64,000 bases of DNA from an uncultured Verrucomicrobiae bacterium. GTDB taxonomy: Bacteria > Verrucomicrobiota > Verrucomicrobiia > Limisphaerales > JAFGQR01. Position numbers and translations under genes: made by a program. The notes below the pieces were generated by a model. The model did not search any database. It worked only from the letters and a program-made list of their open reading frames with translations, and was not told where the DNA came from. Positions 7,616 to 17,130 of this stretch are shown in pieces (position 1 is the first letter of the stretch; each line of letters starts with the position of its first letter). Location: NCBI GenBank assembly GCA_963788655.1, contig CAWBHS010000060.1:160001-224000 (forward strand), given 5' to 3'.

Positions 7616-9976
7616 ATGACCCCGCGCACTGACAAACTTCGTCGTCAAAGCCTCGAGGCCGTACCGTCCCTTTCGCCGGAACGCGCGCGGTTGGTCACGG
7701 AATTTTACCAGGCCAACGAGGGCAAATATTCCGTGCCGGTCATGCGGGCGCGGTGCTTCCTGCACCTGTGTCAGCACAAAAACATTTACCTGGGCGAAGA
7801 CGAATTGATTGTCGGCGAACGCGGGCCGCAGCCCAAAGTCGTTCCCACGTTCCCGGAATTGACCTGCCACAGCCTTGAGGATTTGCGCATTCTCAATTCG
7901 CGGCCGAAAACGAATTACACCGTGCCCGACGAATGTTTGCAGATTTACGAGCGGAATATTATCCCCTACTGGCGCGGCCGTACGATGCGCGACCGGCTCT
8001 TTGCTGAGCTACCGCCGGAATGGCACGCCGCCTACGAAGCTGGCGTGTTCACCGAGTTCATGGAACAGCGCGCGCCCGGACACACGGTGTTGGACGACAA
8101 GATCTATCGGCGCGGCCTGCTCGACTTCAAACAGGACATTGCCGAAGCTCTGGCGAAACTGGATTTTCTCAATGATCCGGAGGCTTACTCCAAACGCGAA
8201 GCCCTCAAGTCATTCGACGTTGCCTGCGACGCCGTCATTGCTTTCGCCGAGCGCCACGCGCAACTGGCCCACGAACTGGCTGCCCAGGAAAGCCGACCCG
8301 ACCGCAAAACTGAATTGGAAAAGATCGCCGACATGTGTTCGCACGTGCCGGCGCACGCCCCGCGGGATTTCCCGGAAGCACTCCAGTATTATTGGTGGTG
8401 CCATCTGGCGGTCATCACGGAACTGAACGGTTGGGACGCGTTTAATCCGGGGCACCTCGATCAACACCTTCTGCCGTTCTATGAGAAAGGGTTGGCCGAT
8501 GGCACCTTGACCAAAGAAAGCGCGCGCGAATTATTGGAATGCTTTTTCATCAAGTTCAACAACCACCCGGCCCCACCGAAAGTCGGCGTGACCGCCGCCG
8601 AGAGCGGCACCTATACCGACTTCGCCAATATCAACATCGGCGGTCTGCTGCGCGACGGTTCGGACGGTTCAAATGAAGTTTCGCACCTCCTGCTGGACAT
8701 CGTGGAAGAGATGCATCTGCTCCAGCCGAGCACGAACATCCAACTCTCGCGCAAGAGCCCGGACCATTTCCTCAAACATACGCTGCGGGTGTTGCGGCAT
8801 GGCTACGGATTCCCGTCCATTTTCAACGCTGACGCCGTGGTGCAGGAGCAGTTGCGGCAGGGCAAAAGTCCCGAAGACGCCCGCGCTGGCGGTTGCAGTG
8901 GTTGCGTTGAAGTCGGGGCGTTCGGCAAGGAAGCCTATATTCTCACCGGCTACTTCAATTTAGTCAAAGTCCTCGAAATCACGTTGCACAACGGCATCGA
9001 CCCGCGCACCGGCGCGAAGATCGGTCTGGAGACGAGTGACCCGGACAATTTTGAGAATTTTGCTGAGCTCTTCGAAGCCTTTCGCGAACAGCTCCAGCAT
9101 TTCGTGGAAATCAAGCTTCGCGGCAACCAACTCATCGAGCAGATGTATGCTCGAAACATGCCGGCGCCGTTCCTGTCCGTGCTCATTGACGACTGCATTC
9201 AAAAGGGCCGCGACTACAATGACGGCGGCCCGCGTTACAACAACACCTTCATCCAAATGGTCGGCTTGGGCAGCATCGCCGACTGCCTAAGCAGCCTCAA
9301 GGAAGTGGTCTTCGAGACGGAAACCCTCACCTTGGGCGCGCTGGTGGAAGTGCTGGAAAAGAATTTCGAAGGCCACGAAACACTGCGCCAGCGCTTGGTC
9401 AACAAGATGCGCAAATACGGCAATGACGACGAGTACGCCGACGCCCTCATGCTGCAAGTCTTCAATGCCTGTTTGGAGGCGGTGGACGGACGGCCCAACA
9501 CCAAGGGCGGCCGTTACTGCGTGGAAATGTTGCCGACCACCTGCCACGTCTATTTTGGCAGCGTCACCGGCGCCATGCCCGACGGCCGGTGCGCCGGTTT
9601 GCCGTTGTCCGAAGGCATCAGCCCGGTGCAGGGCGCCGACCGCCGCGGGCCAACCGCCGTCATGAAAAGCGCCGCCAAGATGGACCACATCAAAACCGGT
9701 GGCACGCTGCTGAACATGAAATTCGCGCCCTCCCTGGTCGCCACCGACGATGGCCTCGACAAATGGGCGCACTTGGTGCGCAGTTACTTCAAAATGGATG
9801 GACATCACGTCCAGTTCAACGTGGTGACTGCGGACACCCTGCGCAAGGCCCAAGCCAATCCCGAACAGCACCGCGACTTGATTGTTCGCGTGGCTGGGTA
9901 CAGCGATTACTTCTGTGATTTATCAAAGGAGTTGCAGGAAGAAATCATCGCCCGAACCGAGCACGAAGGGTTCTGA
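7616..9976 (+). CDS. hypD: Glycyl-radical enzyme, trans-4-hydroxy-L-proline dehydratase (HypD) type
   Basis: Glycine loop IVRVAGYS and Cys loop SGCVE. Segments I recognise from C. difficile HypD: FTEFMEQRAPGH, TELNGWDAF, KFNNHPAPPKVG, ESGTYTDFANIN, KEAYILTGY, MLPTTCHVYFG and KMDHIKTGGTLLN. Confidence 0.9.
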   Translation: MTPRTDKLRRQSLEAVPSLSPERARLVTEFYQANEGKYSVPVMRARCFLHLCQHKNIYLGEDELIVGERGPQPKVVPTFPELTCHSLEDLRILNSRPKTNYTVPDECLQIYERNIIPYWRGRTMRDRLFAELPPEWHAAYEAGVFTEFMEQRAPGHTVLDDKIYRRGLLDFKQDIAEALAKLDFLNDPEAYSKREALKSFDVACDAVIAFAERHAQLAHELAAQESRPDRKTELEKIADMCSHVPAHAPRDFPEALQYYWWCHLAVITELNGWDAFNPGHLDQHLLPFYEKGLADGTLTKESARELLECFFIKFNNHPAPPKVGVTAAESGTYTDFANINIGGLLRDGSDGSNEVSHLLLDIVEEMHLLQPSTNIQLSRKSPDHFLKHTLRVLRHGYGFPSIFNADAVVQEQLRQGKSPEDARAGGCSGCVEVGAFGKEAYILTGYFNLVKVLEITLHNGIDPRTGAKIGLETSDPDNFENFAELFEAFREQLQHFVEIKLRGNQLIEQMYARNMPAPFLSVLIDDCIQKGRDYNDGGPRYNNTFIQMVGLGSIADCLSSLKEVVFETETLTLGALVEVLEKNFEGHETLRQRLVNKMRKYGNDDEYADALMLQVFNACLEAVDGRPNTKGGRYCVEMLPTTCHVYFGSVTGAMPDGRCAGLPLSEGISPVQGADRRGPTAVMKSAAKMDHIKTGGTLLNMKFAPSLVATDDGLDKWAHLVRSYFKMDGHHVQFNVVTADTLRKAQANPEQHRDLIVRVAGYSDYFCDLSKELQEEIIARTEHEGF

Positions 9977-10008
9977 AAGGATGGTTTGCAACAGAACATG
10001 TGCCTATC

Positions 10009-10125
10009 GTAGGACAGCCGTCCCGGCTGTCTCGAATCACCCAGACCGCATTTTACGCTGGTGGACGTCTCCCAATTACTTGATCGCCATTGGGAATTTC
10101 GGGACAGGCGAGACGCCTGTCCTAC
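10009..10125. repeat. GTAG-family REP doublet (REPIN)
   Basis: GTAGGACAGCCGTCCCGGCTGTC ... GACAGGCGAGACGCCTGTCCTAC in inverted orientation, downstream of hypD. Confidence 0.85.
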
Positions 10126-10174
10126 TGGAGCGGAGCATAGGCCAAATCAGCGACGATGAAGTTCCAAGCTGGCT

Positions 10175-10243
10175 GTAGCCCCGTCCTGAGAAGGTGGAGC
10201 ACGGTTTGTTTGCCTCGGTCAGCCTCCTTACGTCGGCGGCTAC
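10175..10243. repeat. REP doublet of a second GTAG family (GTAGCCGCCGACGTAAGGAGGCT type)
   Basis: AGCCTCCTTACGTCGGCGGCTAC at 10221-10243 with a degenerate inverted partner starting GTAGCC at 10175. A near-identical copy lies at 12659. Confidence 0.65.
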
Positions 10244-10271
10244 GCCGGATGTGCAATCTCCCGGGCAGCCT

Positions 10272-11195
10272 TCACCGCAGCGCCAGCCACCAAGTCACCA
10301 TCACCAACCCGGTACAAACCACAACCGCCAAACGATTCGTCCAATGGCTGCGCCGAATCCGTTCCGGCAACAAAATAATAATCGCGCCGAAAACGATGCC
10401 GCTCAGAAAACCCGCCACGTGGGCGATGACATCGACATGCGGACTGGGATTGAATCCCAACAGCACCAGCAGCATTAGCCCGCCCAGCAGTGCCCGCAAG
10501 ATCAGTTGTTTCCCCGAGACGCCCCCGCGCCAGAAAACCAGGGACTGGGCGGTGAGTAATCCCAACGCGCCCAACACCATCCCGGAAGCGCCCAATCCCA
10601 GATGCGGCGTGGAATAGAGCAGCAGTCCCGCCACGTTGCCGCACACTCCCGCCAGATAGGCGCCCAGCAGACCGAGCCCCGGTCCCAACGTACCCATGGC
10701 CAGCCCCATCAATAGGAAACCCGTCGCCAGATTGCTGGCCAGGTGGGCAAAATCCCCGTGAAGCATGACGGCGGTAAACAACCGCCACCATTGGCCCGCC
10801 TGCACGGCTTGGTTGTCCATGAGACCCACGGTCCGCAGGTGATGCGCTTCCGCCAAGTCGATCCAGTAAATCAGCGCCAGCACCACCACCCAGACCAGGC
10901 TGCTGAAATCAAACACCAGCTCCGTTCCCGGCAATTTGTGGACCCAGACGTGTCCGCGGTTTTCAACGCGATACTGGCGCAATGCCTGGAGCGCACGCGT
11001 TGAATCCGCCGCGTCCAAGACCAGGCGCCACCCCAAATCTTCCGCGGGCGCCAGGATCGAAGCTTCGATGCCCTGGCTGGCCAGCACGAGGCTCCATTCC
11101 ATCGCCTGCCGGCGGGAATGGACGCGGATCACGCATTCCGAAGTTTCGATCATCAGCAAGGGATATATCACTTCGGCTGCCGCGCGGCTACTCAT
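10272..11195 (-). CDS. Rhomboid-family intramembrane serine protease
   Basis: WWRLFTAVMLHGDFAHLASN, catalytic GASG and AHVAGFLSG, with multiple TM helices. The start may be about 14 codons downstream. Confidence 0.92.
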   Translation of the reverse strand: MSSRAAAEVIYPLLMIETSECVIRVHSRRQAMEWSLVLASQGIEASILAPAEDLGWRLVLDAADSTRALQALRQYRVENRGHVWVHKLPGTELVFDFSSLVWVVVLALIYWIDLAEAHHLRTVGLMDNQAVQAGQWWRLFTAVMLHGDFAHLASNLATGFLLMGLAMGTLGPGLGLLGAYLAGVCGNVAGLLLYSTPHLGLGASGMVLGALGLLTAQSLVFWRGGVSGKQLILRALLGGLMLLVLLGFNPSPHVDVIAHVAGFLSGIVFGAIIILLPERIRRSHWTNRLAVVVCTGLVMVTWWLALR

Positions 11196-11294
11196 GCTTG
11201 CGCGGCAAGAGATTTGCTCCTTTTGAAAATGAGATTATTTTAATGAAGATCAAACTGAAAGGCTGATCGGCTCGGCCGATGACCTTGAGTAGCG

Positions 11295-12026
11295 ATGAAA
11301 GTGATACAACCCAATTGTCGGGTGCAGTTCACCGCGGAAGACATCGACTTCATCTTAAGCGTGCTGCAACCCGGTGCGAGTTCGCCGGCAAGCCTGGTGC
11401 AATTGCTGGCCGACGAATCCTCGCGGGATTTGATCCTGGATGATGAGAAACTGTTCCAGGCGGTTCTGGAACGGCGGAATTGTCTGCAAATTTCAACTCA
11501 TCTTTACTTTTACATTCTCGTCCGGCAGGTCTTCCGCCGCGGCGGCATCGAAGACCGCAACGTGGCCGACTATGTCGCGGAAATGCTTGCCGATTTTTCA
11601 CGGACGAACAGCCTGCAATGCCGCGTTTCGGGCCAAAACCGGCCGTTGGAGTATTTCGTGGATATGCTGGCCGCCCTGCAAACCGCGGATGACGCCACCA
11701 CCTTTTATCTTCGCGCCCACATTGGAAATCACTCACTCTTCATGACCGGTATTTTCCCGGAGCGCATCCGCCACCGGGTCGAGCGGCGGGCCGCGCCCGA
11801 TTTGCGCTATTACGAAAGCATGGGACGTGAAAGTTTCCGCCTGGCCAGTGATCACCGGCTCGCCCGCCATTATGAACTCAGCGACATCTTCAGCACGCTG
11901 GCGGAACGGTTCCAAGCCACGCGCCAAGCCCTCAATGATTTGGGCGACCGGCTCCTGACGATTGGCGATGCCGACGCATCGGTGCAGGCGTTGTTACGCA
12001 CCACCTTCAAATCGGAAACCAACTGA
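11295..12026 (+). CDS. Hypothetical helical protein of unknown function
   Basis: 243-aa ORF with normal composition, filling the gap between the rhomboid and HAD genes. Contains HIGNHSLFMTGIFPERI and YYESMGRESF; no function recognised. Confidence 0.75.
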   Translation: MKVIQPNCRVQFTAEDIDFILSVLQPGASSPASLVQLLADESSRDLILDDEKLFQAVLERRNCLQISTHLYFYILVRQVFRRGGIEDRNVADYVAEMLADFSRTNSLQCRVSGQNRPLEYFVDMLAALQTADDATTFYLRAHIGNHSLFMTGIFPERIRHRVERRAAPDLRYYESMGRESFRLASDHRLARHYELSDIFSTLAERFQATRQALNDLGDRLLTIGDADASVQALLRTTFKSETN

Positions 12027-12038
12027 CGTTGTCGGCTT

Positions 12039-12647
12039 TTAGCCAGGCAGCCCAAGTTGCGTCACTCGCGCGAGCGTTTTTTCCCACCCCTCGTGGAGGA
12101 TGGTTTGCCAACCACGCGCCGCTCCACCTTGAACGTTTTCGAGTCGATCATCCAAATAGAGAATCTCCGCATCCTGCTTGCCCGCCATTCGCTCCAACGC
12201 TTCGTAAATCTTGGCTTCCGGTTTCATCGCCCCCAATTGGTAGGAATAGATGTAACCGTCGAACTGGGAAAAGAAGGGAAAACTCCGCCGGATGTGCGTG
12301 ACGGCCATTTCATTGGTGTTCGAAAAAATGTAGGTCGGAATGCCGTGACTGCGGAGCCGTGACTGCCAACTCACCATGGGGTCAATCGGCCAGAAAATGT
12401 CGGCAAAGATAGCCCGGAATTCCTCGAAGCTCCCAGTGAAGCCGGTGAACTGGCGAACTTCATCATAGAATTGTTCGTTGCTCAACAAACCGGTTTCGAA
12501 CTGGTACAACAACGGCGAATGATCGATGAACTCCTGAATTTCGGCAGCGGTCCGGCAACCGCGCTCGGCTAACTTGCGGCCGACGATGGCGTAGTCGAAA
12601 TCCACGAGCACCTTGCCCAAATCAAAAACAACGATTTGCGGAACCAT
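12039..12647 (-). CDS. HAD-superfamily phosphatase (YihX-like)
   Basis: Motifs VVFDLGKVLVD, FSNTN, MKPEAKIY and YLDDRLENV. Confidence 0.9.
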   Translation of the reverse strand: MVPQIVVFDLGKVLVDFDYAIVGRKLAERGCRTAAEIQEFIDHSPLLYQFETGLLSNEQFYDEVRQFTGFTGSFEEFRAIFADIFWPIDPMVSWQSRLRSHGIPTYIFSNTNEMAVTHIRRSFPFFSQFDGYIYSYQLGAMKPEAKIYEALERMAGKQDAEILYLDDRLENVQGGAARGWQTILHEGWEKTLARVTQLGLPG

Positions 12648-12658
12648 AAATCATTTAG

Positions 12659-12681
12659 GTAGCAGCCGACGTGAGGAGGCT
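12659..12681. repeat. Single GTAG-type REP
   Basis: GTAGCAGCCGACGTGAGGAGGCT, the reverse complement of the 10221-10243 element with 2 mismatches. Confidence 0.7.
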
Positions 12682-12724
12682 CTGATTGCGTCCCCTTCTT
12701 TTCCAGTCACAAGCAACATGCACG

Positions 12725-13327
12725 TCAACGTAGCTCACGCCGTCCTTCCAGCGCCCGATTGAGAGTGAGTTCATCGGCATACTCCAACCCGGTGCCCGCC
12801 GGCAGGCCGTGCGCCAAGCGCGTAACTTTAGCGCCCTTGGGCTCCAGCCGTTGGGCCAGATAATAACTGGTGGCGTCGCCTTCCACGTCGGTGCCCAGCG
12901 CGAGGATGATTTCCTTAATCGGTTCGCAGCCCAACCGGTGCTCCAGTTCCGCAATGCGCAAGTCCTCGGGTTCCACACCGTTCAACGGAGAAATCTTTCC
13001 GCCCAACACGTGATATTTGCCGTGAAAACTGCCCGCCTTTTCGATGCTGATAATATCCACCGCCCGCTCGACCACGCACACCAACGACGCATCGCGCCGC
13101 GGGTCCGCGCAGATCGCGCAAGGAACCTGTTCGGTAAGAGCGCCGCAAGTCGGGCAGGATTGGATGCTTGCGCGCGCTTGCAAAATGGCCTGCGCCAGGT
13201 GTTGCACCGACGTGGCATCGCTCTGCACCAAGTGCAACGCCAACCGCTCCGCCGATCGCGGCCCAATGCCAGGCAACTTGTTCAGCGCCGCCAGCAAATT
13301 AAGAATGGGTTCAGGCAACACCGCCAT
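12725..13327 (-). CDS. recR: Recombination mediator RecR
   Basis: LPGIGPRSAERLALHL, C4 zinc finger CPTCG...CAIC, YHVLGGKISPLNG, VEGDATSYY, RLAHGLPAG and LEYADELTL. Confidence 0.97.
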   Translation of the reverse strand: MAVLPEPILNLLAALNKLPGIGPRSAERLALHLVQSDATSVQHLAQAILQARASIQSCPTCGALTEQVPCAICADPRRDASLVCVVERAVDIISIEKAGSFHGKYHVLGGKISPLNGVEPEDLRIAELEHRLGCEPIKEIILALGTDVEGDATSYYLAQRLEPKGAKVTRLAHGLPAGTGLEYADELTLNRALEGRRELR

Positions 13328-13338
13328 GGCAATGACAG

Positions 13339-13472
13339 GTAGGACAGGCGTCTCGCCTGTCTCGAAAAACCAAAGCCATCCTCACCTTTTTGGTGACATG
13401 GAGAGATTCCCGACAACGCGATGCAAGTCGATAGTTTGCATTCGTCCGAGACAGGCGAGACGCCTGTCCTAC
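13339..13472. repeat. GTAG-family REP doublet (REPIN), 134 bp
   Basis: GTAGGACAGGCGTCTCGCCTGTCTCG ... CGAGACAGGCGAGACGCCTGTCCTAC form perfect inverted arms. Confidence 0.9.
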
Positions 13473-13541
13473 TGATTGGTCTCGGCTAAGCACCGCCGGC
13501 TTCTCACCGAACATCAACCCCATCGCCAACGCACGCCATCT

Positions 13542-13576
13542 CATCCGGTATCTGGCATCCGGTATCTGGCATCCAT
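13542..13576. repeat. Heptamer tandem repeat (CATCCGG/TATCTGG)
   Basis: catccgg tatctgg catccgg tatctgg catccat just after the ybaB stop. Confidence 0.65.
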
Positions 13577-13581
13577 CCCCC

Positions 13582-13893
13582 CTACATCATTCCCGGCAAT
13601 CCCATTCCTTGCGTCACCCTCCCCATTTCCGCGTTGGAAATGTCTTTGGCCTGGGTGAGCGCCTGATTGACGGCAGTGAGAATCATGTCTTCCACCATTT
13701 GGGCGTCGTCGGGATTGAGTGCTTGCGGATCGATCTTGATGGACGCGACGCTGCCATCGCACTTGGCGGTGACTTTCACGGCGCCGCCGCCACTGGTGGC
13801 TTCCACCGTGCGGCTTGCAAGCTCGGCTTGCACCTTTTCCATGTCCTGCTGCATTCGCGCAGCTTGCTTCATGAGTTTGCCAATGCTCGGCAT
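13582..13893 (-). CDS. ybaB: YbaB/EbfC nucleoid-associated protein
   Basis: LMKQAARMQQDM, VEATSGGGAVKVT, IKIDP and VEDMILTAVNQAL; canonical position between dnaX and recR. Confidence 0.95.
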   Translation of the reverse strand: MPSIGKLMKQAARMQQDMEKVQAELASRTVEATSGGGAVKVTAKCDGSVASIKIDPQALNPDDAQMVEDMILTAVNQALTQAKDISNAEMGRVTQGMGLPGMM

Positions 13894-13940
13894 ATAAAAG
13901 AAACAGTTGGGGGTTAATGGTTGCGGGTATCAGATGAACA

Positions 13941-15748
13941 TCAGGAACGCGCTTCGACAATCTGGCCTTTGAAGATTTCCAGCGCCTTTTGGATCAGGGC
14001 ATCGTTCTTAAATTCCTCTGTGCTGATTTTTTCGGGCACGGGCTTCGCCGGCTGGGATTGGGCCGCAGCAGCCGGGGCCGGGACAGCCTGCGGCGCAGAT
14101 GCACGCGGTGCGGGAGCAGCCGGTGGTACCAAGGTCGGCGCACTTGCAGCAGGCTCGGAATCGGGAACTGATCCTGGTGCGGGTGACTCAGCCTTGACGA
14201 ATTTGACCTGCACGCCCGGATGCCCTTGCTCCTGCAACTTGGTTTGGAGCAAGGCTTGCGTTTTGGGCGTGTTGACCAATTCCAACTGGTCGCTGAACTC
14301 CGGATCGTATCCCAGGGTCAACACCTGCTTCTCGAATGAGAGCGGCCGGGCTTCGAGCAAGTAACTGCGAGTGAAGGCGCTGACCCGGCCCACGGCCTCC
14401 AGCACGGTCTGCCATAATTGGACCAGATCGACAGCGGCACCCGCGCGCTCCGCAGTTTCTTTCAGCGGACTCGCAGCTATGGATGGCGCGGCCGCCGAAG
14501 CTGAACTACGAGCTGGCGCTGGGGATGCCGCTGGCTTGGCCGACACCGGCGATGCTTTGGGGGCCGCCGAAACCGGCCGCGAACGTGGCGCCGGCGCCCC
14601 ACCTTCGGACCGCAGTTCGTTTAATTGTTTCAACACGGTATCGATGCTCACCGAGTTGCGCGCCTGCATGGCCTTGAGCAGCGTGACTTCGAGAAAAATC
14701 TTTTTGGACGTAGCATCGCGTAATCGGCCTTCCGCATCGGACAGCACTTCCATGATGCGCGTAATCGCTTCGGTGGTGACCTGAGACGACTGTTCCTTCA
14801 GACTGGCGACCTCCGCCTCGGACACCTCCAGCACACTCAAATCTCCGCCGGCCACTTGATAAATCAGCAGGTTGCGGAAATGCCGCAACAAATCGCTCAA
14901 CAGCCGGGCCAGATCTTTGCCATGCCGGGACAATTCGCCCAGTTCTCGCAGCACGGTTTGGGCGTCGCCATTCAAAAGGGCGGAGGTCAGGGTAATGATT
15001 TGTCCCTGGGCCGTCAGGCCGAACATCGAGAGCACGTCGGTTCTCGACAATTTTGTCCCCGCAAAAACTGATGAGCTGGTCCAGCGCTGGATTCGGCGTC
15101 GCGCATGCCGCCGTCCGCGCCGCGCGCAATGGCGAACAAGCGCCGCTTCCTCGATCGTTGACCTTTTCCTTCTTGGCGATCTGCGTGAGGTGCTTGACGA
15201 TCAGCGCCGCCGGGATGCGGCGCAGATCAAACCGCTGGCAACGGGAGAGAATCGTGGCCAGCACCTTCTCCGGATCGGTGGTGGCGAACATGAACTTCAC
15301 GTGCGCGCGGCGGCTCTTCGAGCGTCTTGAGCAGCGCGTTGAACGCCGCCGTGGAGAGCATGTGAACTTCGTCAATGATGTAGATCTTGAACTTCGAGCT
15401 GGCCGGCGCGTATTTGCACGTCTCGCGCAGTTCGCGGACCTGCTCGACGCCGTTGTTGCTGGCGCCGTCAATTTCCAGCACGTCCATCGAGCGGCCCTCG
15501 GTGATTTCCTGGCAACGCGGATCGTCATCGTCGAAATCCACTTTCGGGCCGTCGGTGCAGTTCAGGCATTTGGCGAAGATGCGGGCGATGGTCGTTTTGC
15601 CGGTGCCGCGCGGGCCGCAGAACAGGTAGGCGTGGGCGATGCGGTTTTGCTCGATGGCGTGGGCGAGCGTCTGGGTGACGTGCTCCTGCCCGACGACATC
15701 GCTGAACCGCTGCGGCCGGTATTTGCGGGCGATGACCTGATAACTCAT
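13941..15748 (-). CDS. dnaX: DNA polymerase III subunit gamma/tau (split by several indels, probably sequencing errors)
   Basis: [24 protein letters not shown], Walker [20 protein letters not shown] and IIDEVHMLS...LKTLEEPP in ORF 15227-15973. FMFATTD...[10 protein letters not shown] and LDQLISFCG in ORF 14506-15528. C-terminal part in ORF 13941-15050. Confidence 0.95.
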
Positions 15749-15843
15749 ATCGCGTGGTCGGCGGCGTGCGGTGGCAGCGCGAGCGTGGGCGATTCGATCA
15801 ATGCCCCACGTCGTCCCGCGCGCTCCGCACGCAAAATTCAAAA

Positions 15844-15939
15844 GTGCCAGGGTGACCACGGCAGATGCGGAGCAAACTACCGTTGCTGCCTTCCGGCCCT
15901 GGCGGGGTTCGTAAGTCCGCATTCCATGGGCCCTGGCAC
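15844..15939 (-). ncRNA. ffs: Signal recognition particle RNA (small bacterial 4.5S type)
   Basis: The minus strand reads GTGCCAGGG...GAACCCCGCCAGGGCCGGAAGGCAGCAACGGTAG...CCCTGGCAC. The closing stem pairs, the GGAA tetraloop with CAGG/AGCA internal loop matches SRP domain IV, and the position upstream of dnaX is a common arrangement. Confidence 0.92.
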
Positions 15940-16002
15940 GGGCAATTAAGCGGCAGGTGGCGGGCCGGGGCAAGGAGTTTTGTGGACCATTTCAAAAAGA
16001 AC

Positions 16003-17114
16003 TTACTCCTTCGGCATCCCGGAGGCGCTGCCTTTGCGACGCACGGAAATGAGCTGCGCGACAATGCTGGCGGCAATTTCCGGCACCGTCACCGATCCGA
16101 TGTCCAGGCCAATCGGGGCATGGACCTGATCAAATTCCTCTGCGGTGGCACGTCCGGACTCGATGAATTCCCGGCGCATCAGCGCCACTTTGCGCCGGCT
16201 GCCGATCATGCCCAAATAAGCAACTGGCCGGCGCAGACACGCCGCCAGGGCCACACCGTCGTGCTGGTGGCCACGGGTGACCAGGACCACATACGTGTCC
16301 GACCCAAAGGGGAAGTTAGCCACTTCGTCACGGATATTACCGCAGCGAGTGATAACCTCTTCGGGAAACATTTCGGCTCGCGTAAAGTCGTCGCGATCAT
16401 CCAGCACCGTCACCACGAATCCGACCCGGCTGGCCTGCCATGCCACTTCCTGCCCGACGTGGCCGCCGCCCACAATCAAAAGCACCGGTTGCGGAACCAG
16501 TGGCTCCACCAGCACTTCCATCCGCGGTCCCGCCGGTGATGTCTCAGTCACGAAGCGTTCCGGCGATTTCCTGTTTCAAGACTGCACGCAGTTCTTCGGC
16601 GCTCCGGAAAGACCGTTCGCGAGCCAAGGGACGATTCGGCCACAAACTCAACCTGGACTGCCGCGCCTTCATCGCCGGAGATCGTCGTCACCAAAACGCC
16701 GCGTTGCCGATCTCGCTGCGCACTGAGGGCGAACTGATAGGCAGCACGCTGTTGGGCAATGGTGGGATCGACCAACACCCGCATGTCTCCGCCGCATATC
16801 GGCAGGCCGACCTGGACGCCCGGTCCGCCCAAGTCAAAATCGAAAACGACCGGTTGCCCGCTTTCCAAGGCTTGGCGGGCTCGCACTTTGGCTTCGGCTT
16901 CCACCAAGCCGCCGCCGATCGTACCGTGGTTTTGACCTTCAGCCGCGATGATCATTTTCGCCCCGGTCTTGCAGGGAGTGGATCCGTCCGACTGCAACAC
17001 CGTGGCCAGCGCAAACGAGCAACCCTGGCCGGCCAAATCCACCACGGTTTGGTAAATGTCCTTCGTTTGCCGGAGGCGGTCATCGTCCCTGGCTGCCGGA
17101 GTTTGCGGTTTCAT
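16003..17114 (-). CDS. xdhC: XdhC/CoxI-family molybdoenzyme maturation factor (frameshifted near 16550)
   Basis: LATVLQSDGSTPCKTGAKM, GTIGGGLVE and ICGGDMRVLV in one frame. IVGGGHVG, VLVTRGHQHD, YLGMIGSRRK and APIGLDIGSVTVPEIAASIVAQL in the next. Confidence 0.9.
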
Positions 17115-17130
17115 TATTGGGACAAGGCGA

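Noticed and set aside
6458..7870. N-terminal 470 aa of the 1075-aa ORF 4643-7870
   Set aside because: This is an antisense shadow of the activase and the hypD start; BatD similarity and the signal peptide begin at 6457.
7616..9976. Pyruvate formate-lyase, choline TMA-lyase or a bacterial microcompartment locus
   Set aside because: The Cys loop has a single Cys-Val-Glu (no PFL CC pair), the motifs are HypD-like, and no shell-protein genes are nearby.
15040..15320. Programmed ribosomal frameshift in dnaX (gamma/tau)
   Set aside because: There are several breaks inside the conserved clamp-loader core rather than one after domain III, and I see no slippery A-AAA-AAG site with a hairpin. Sequencing indels are more likely.
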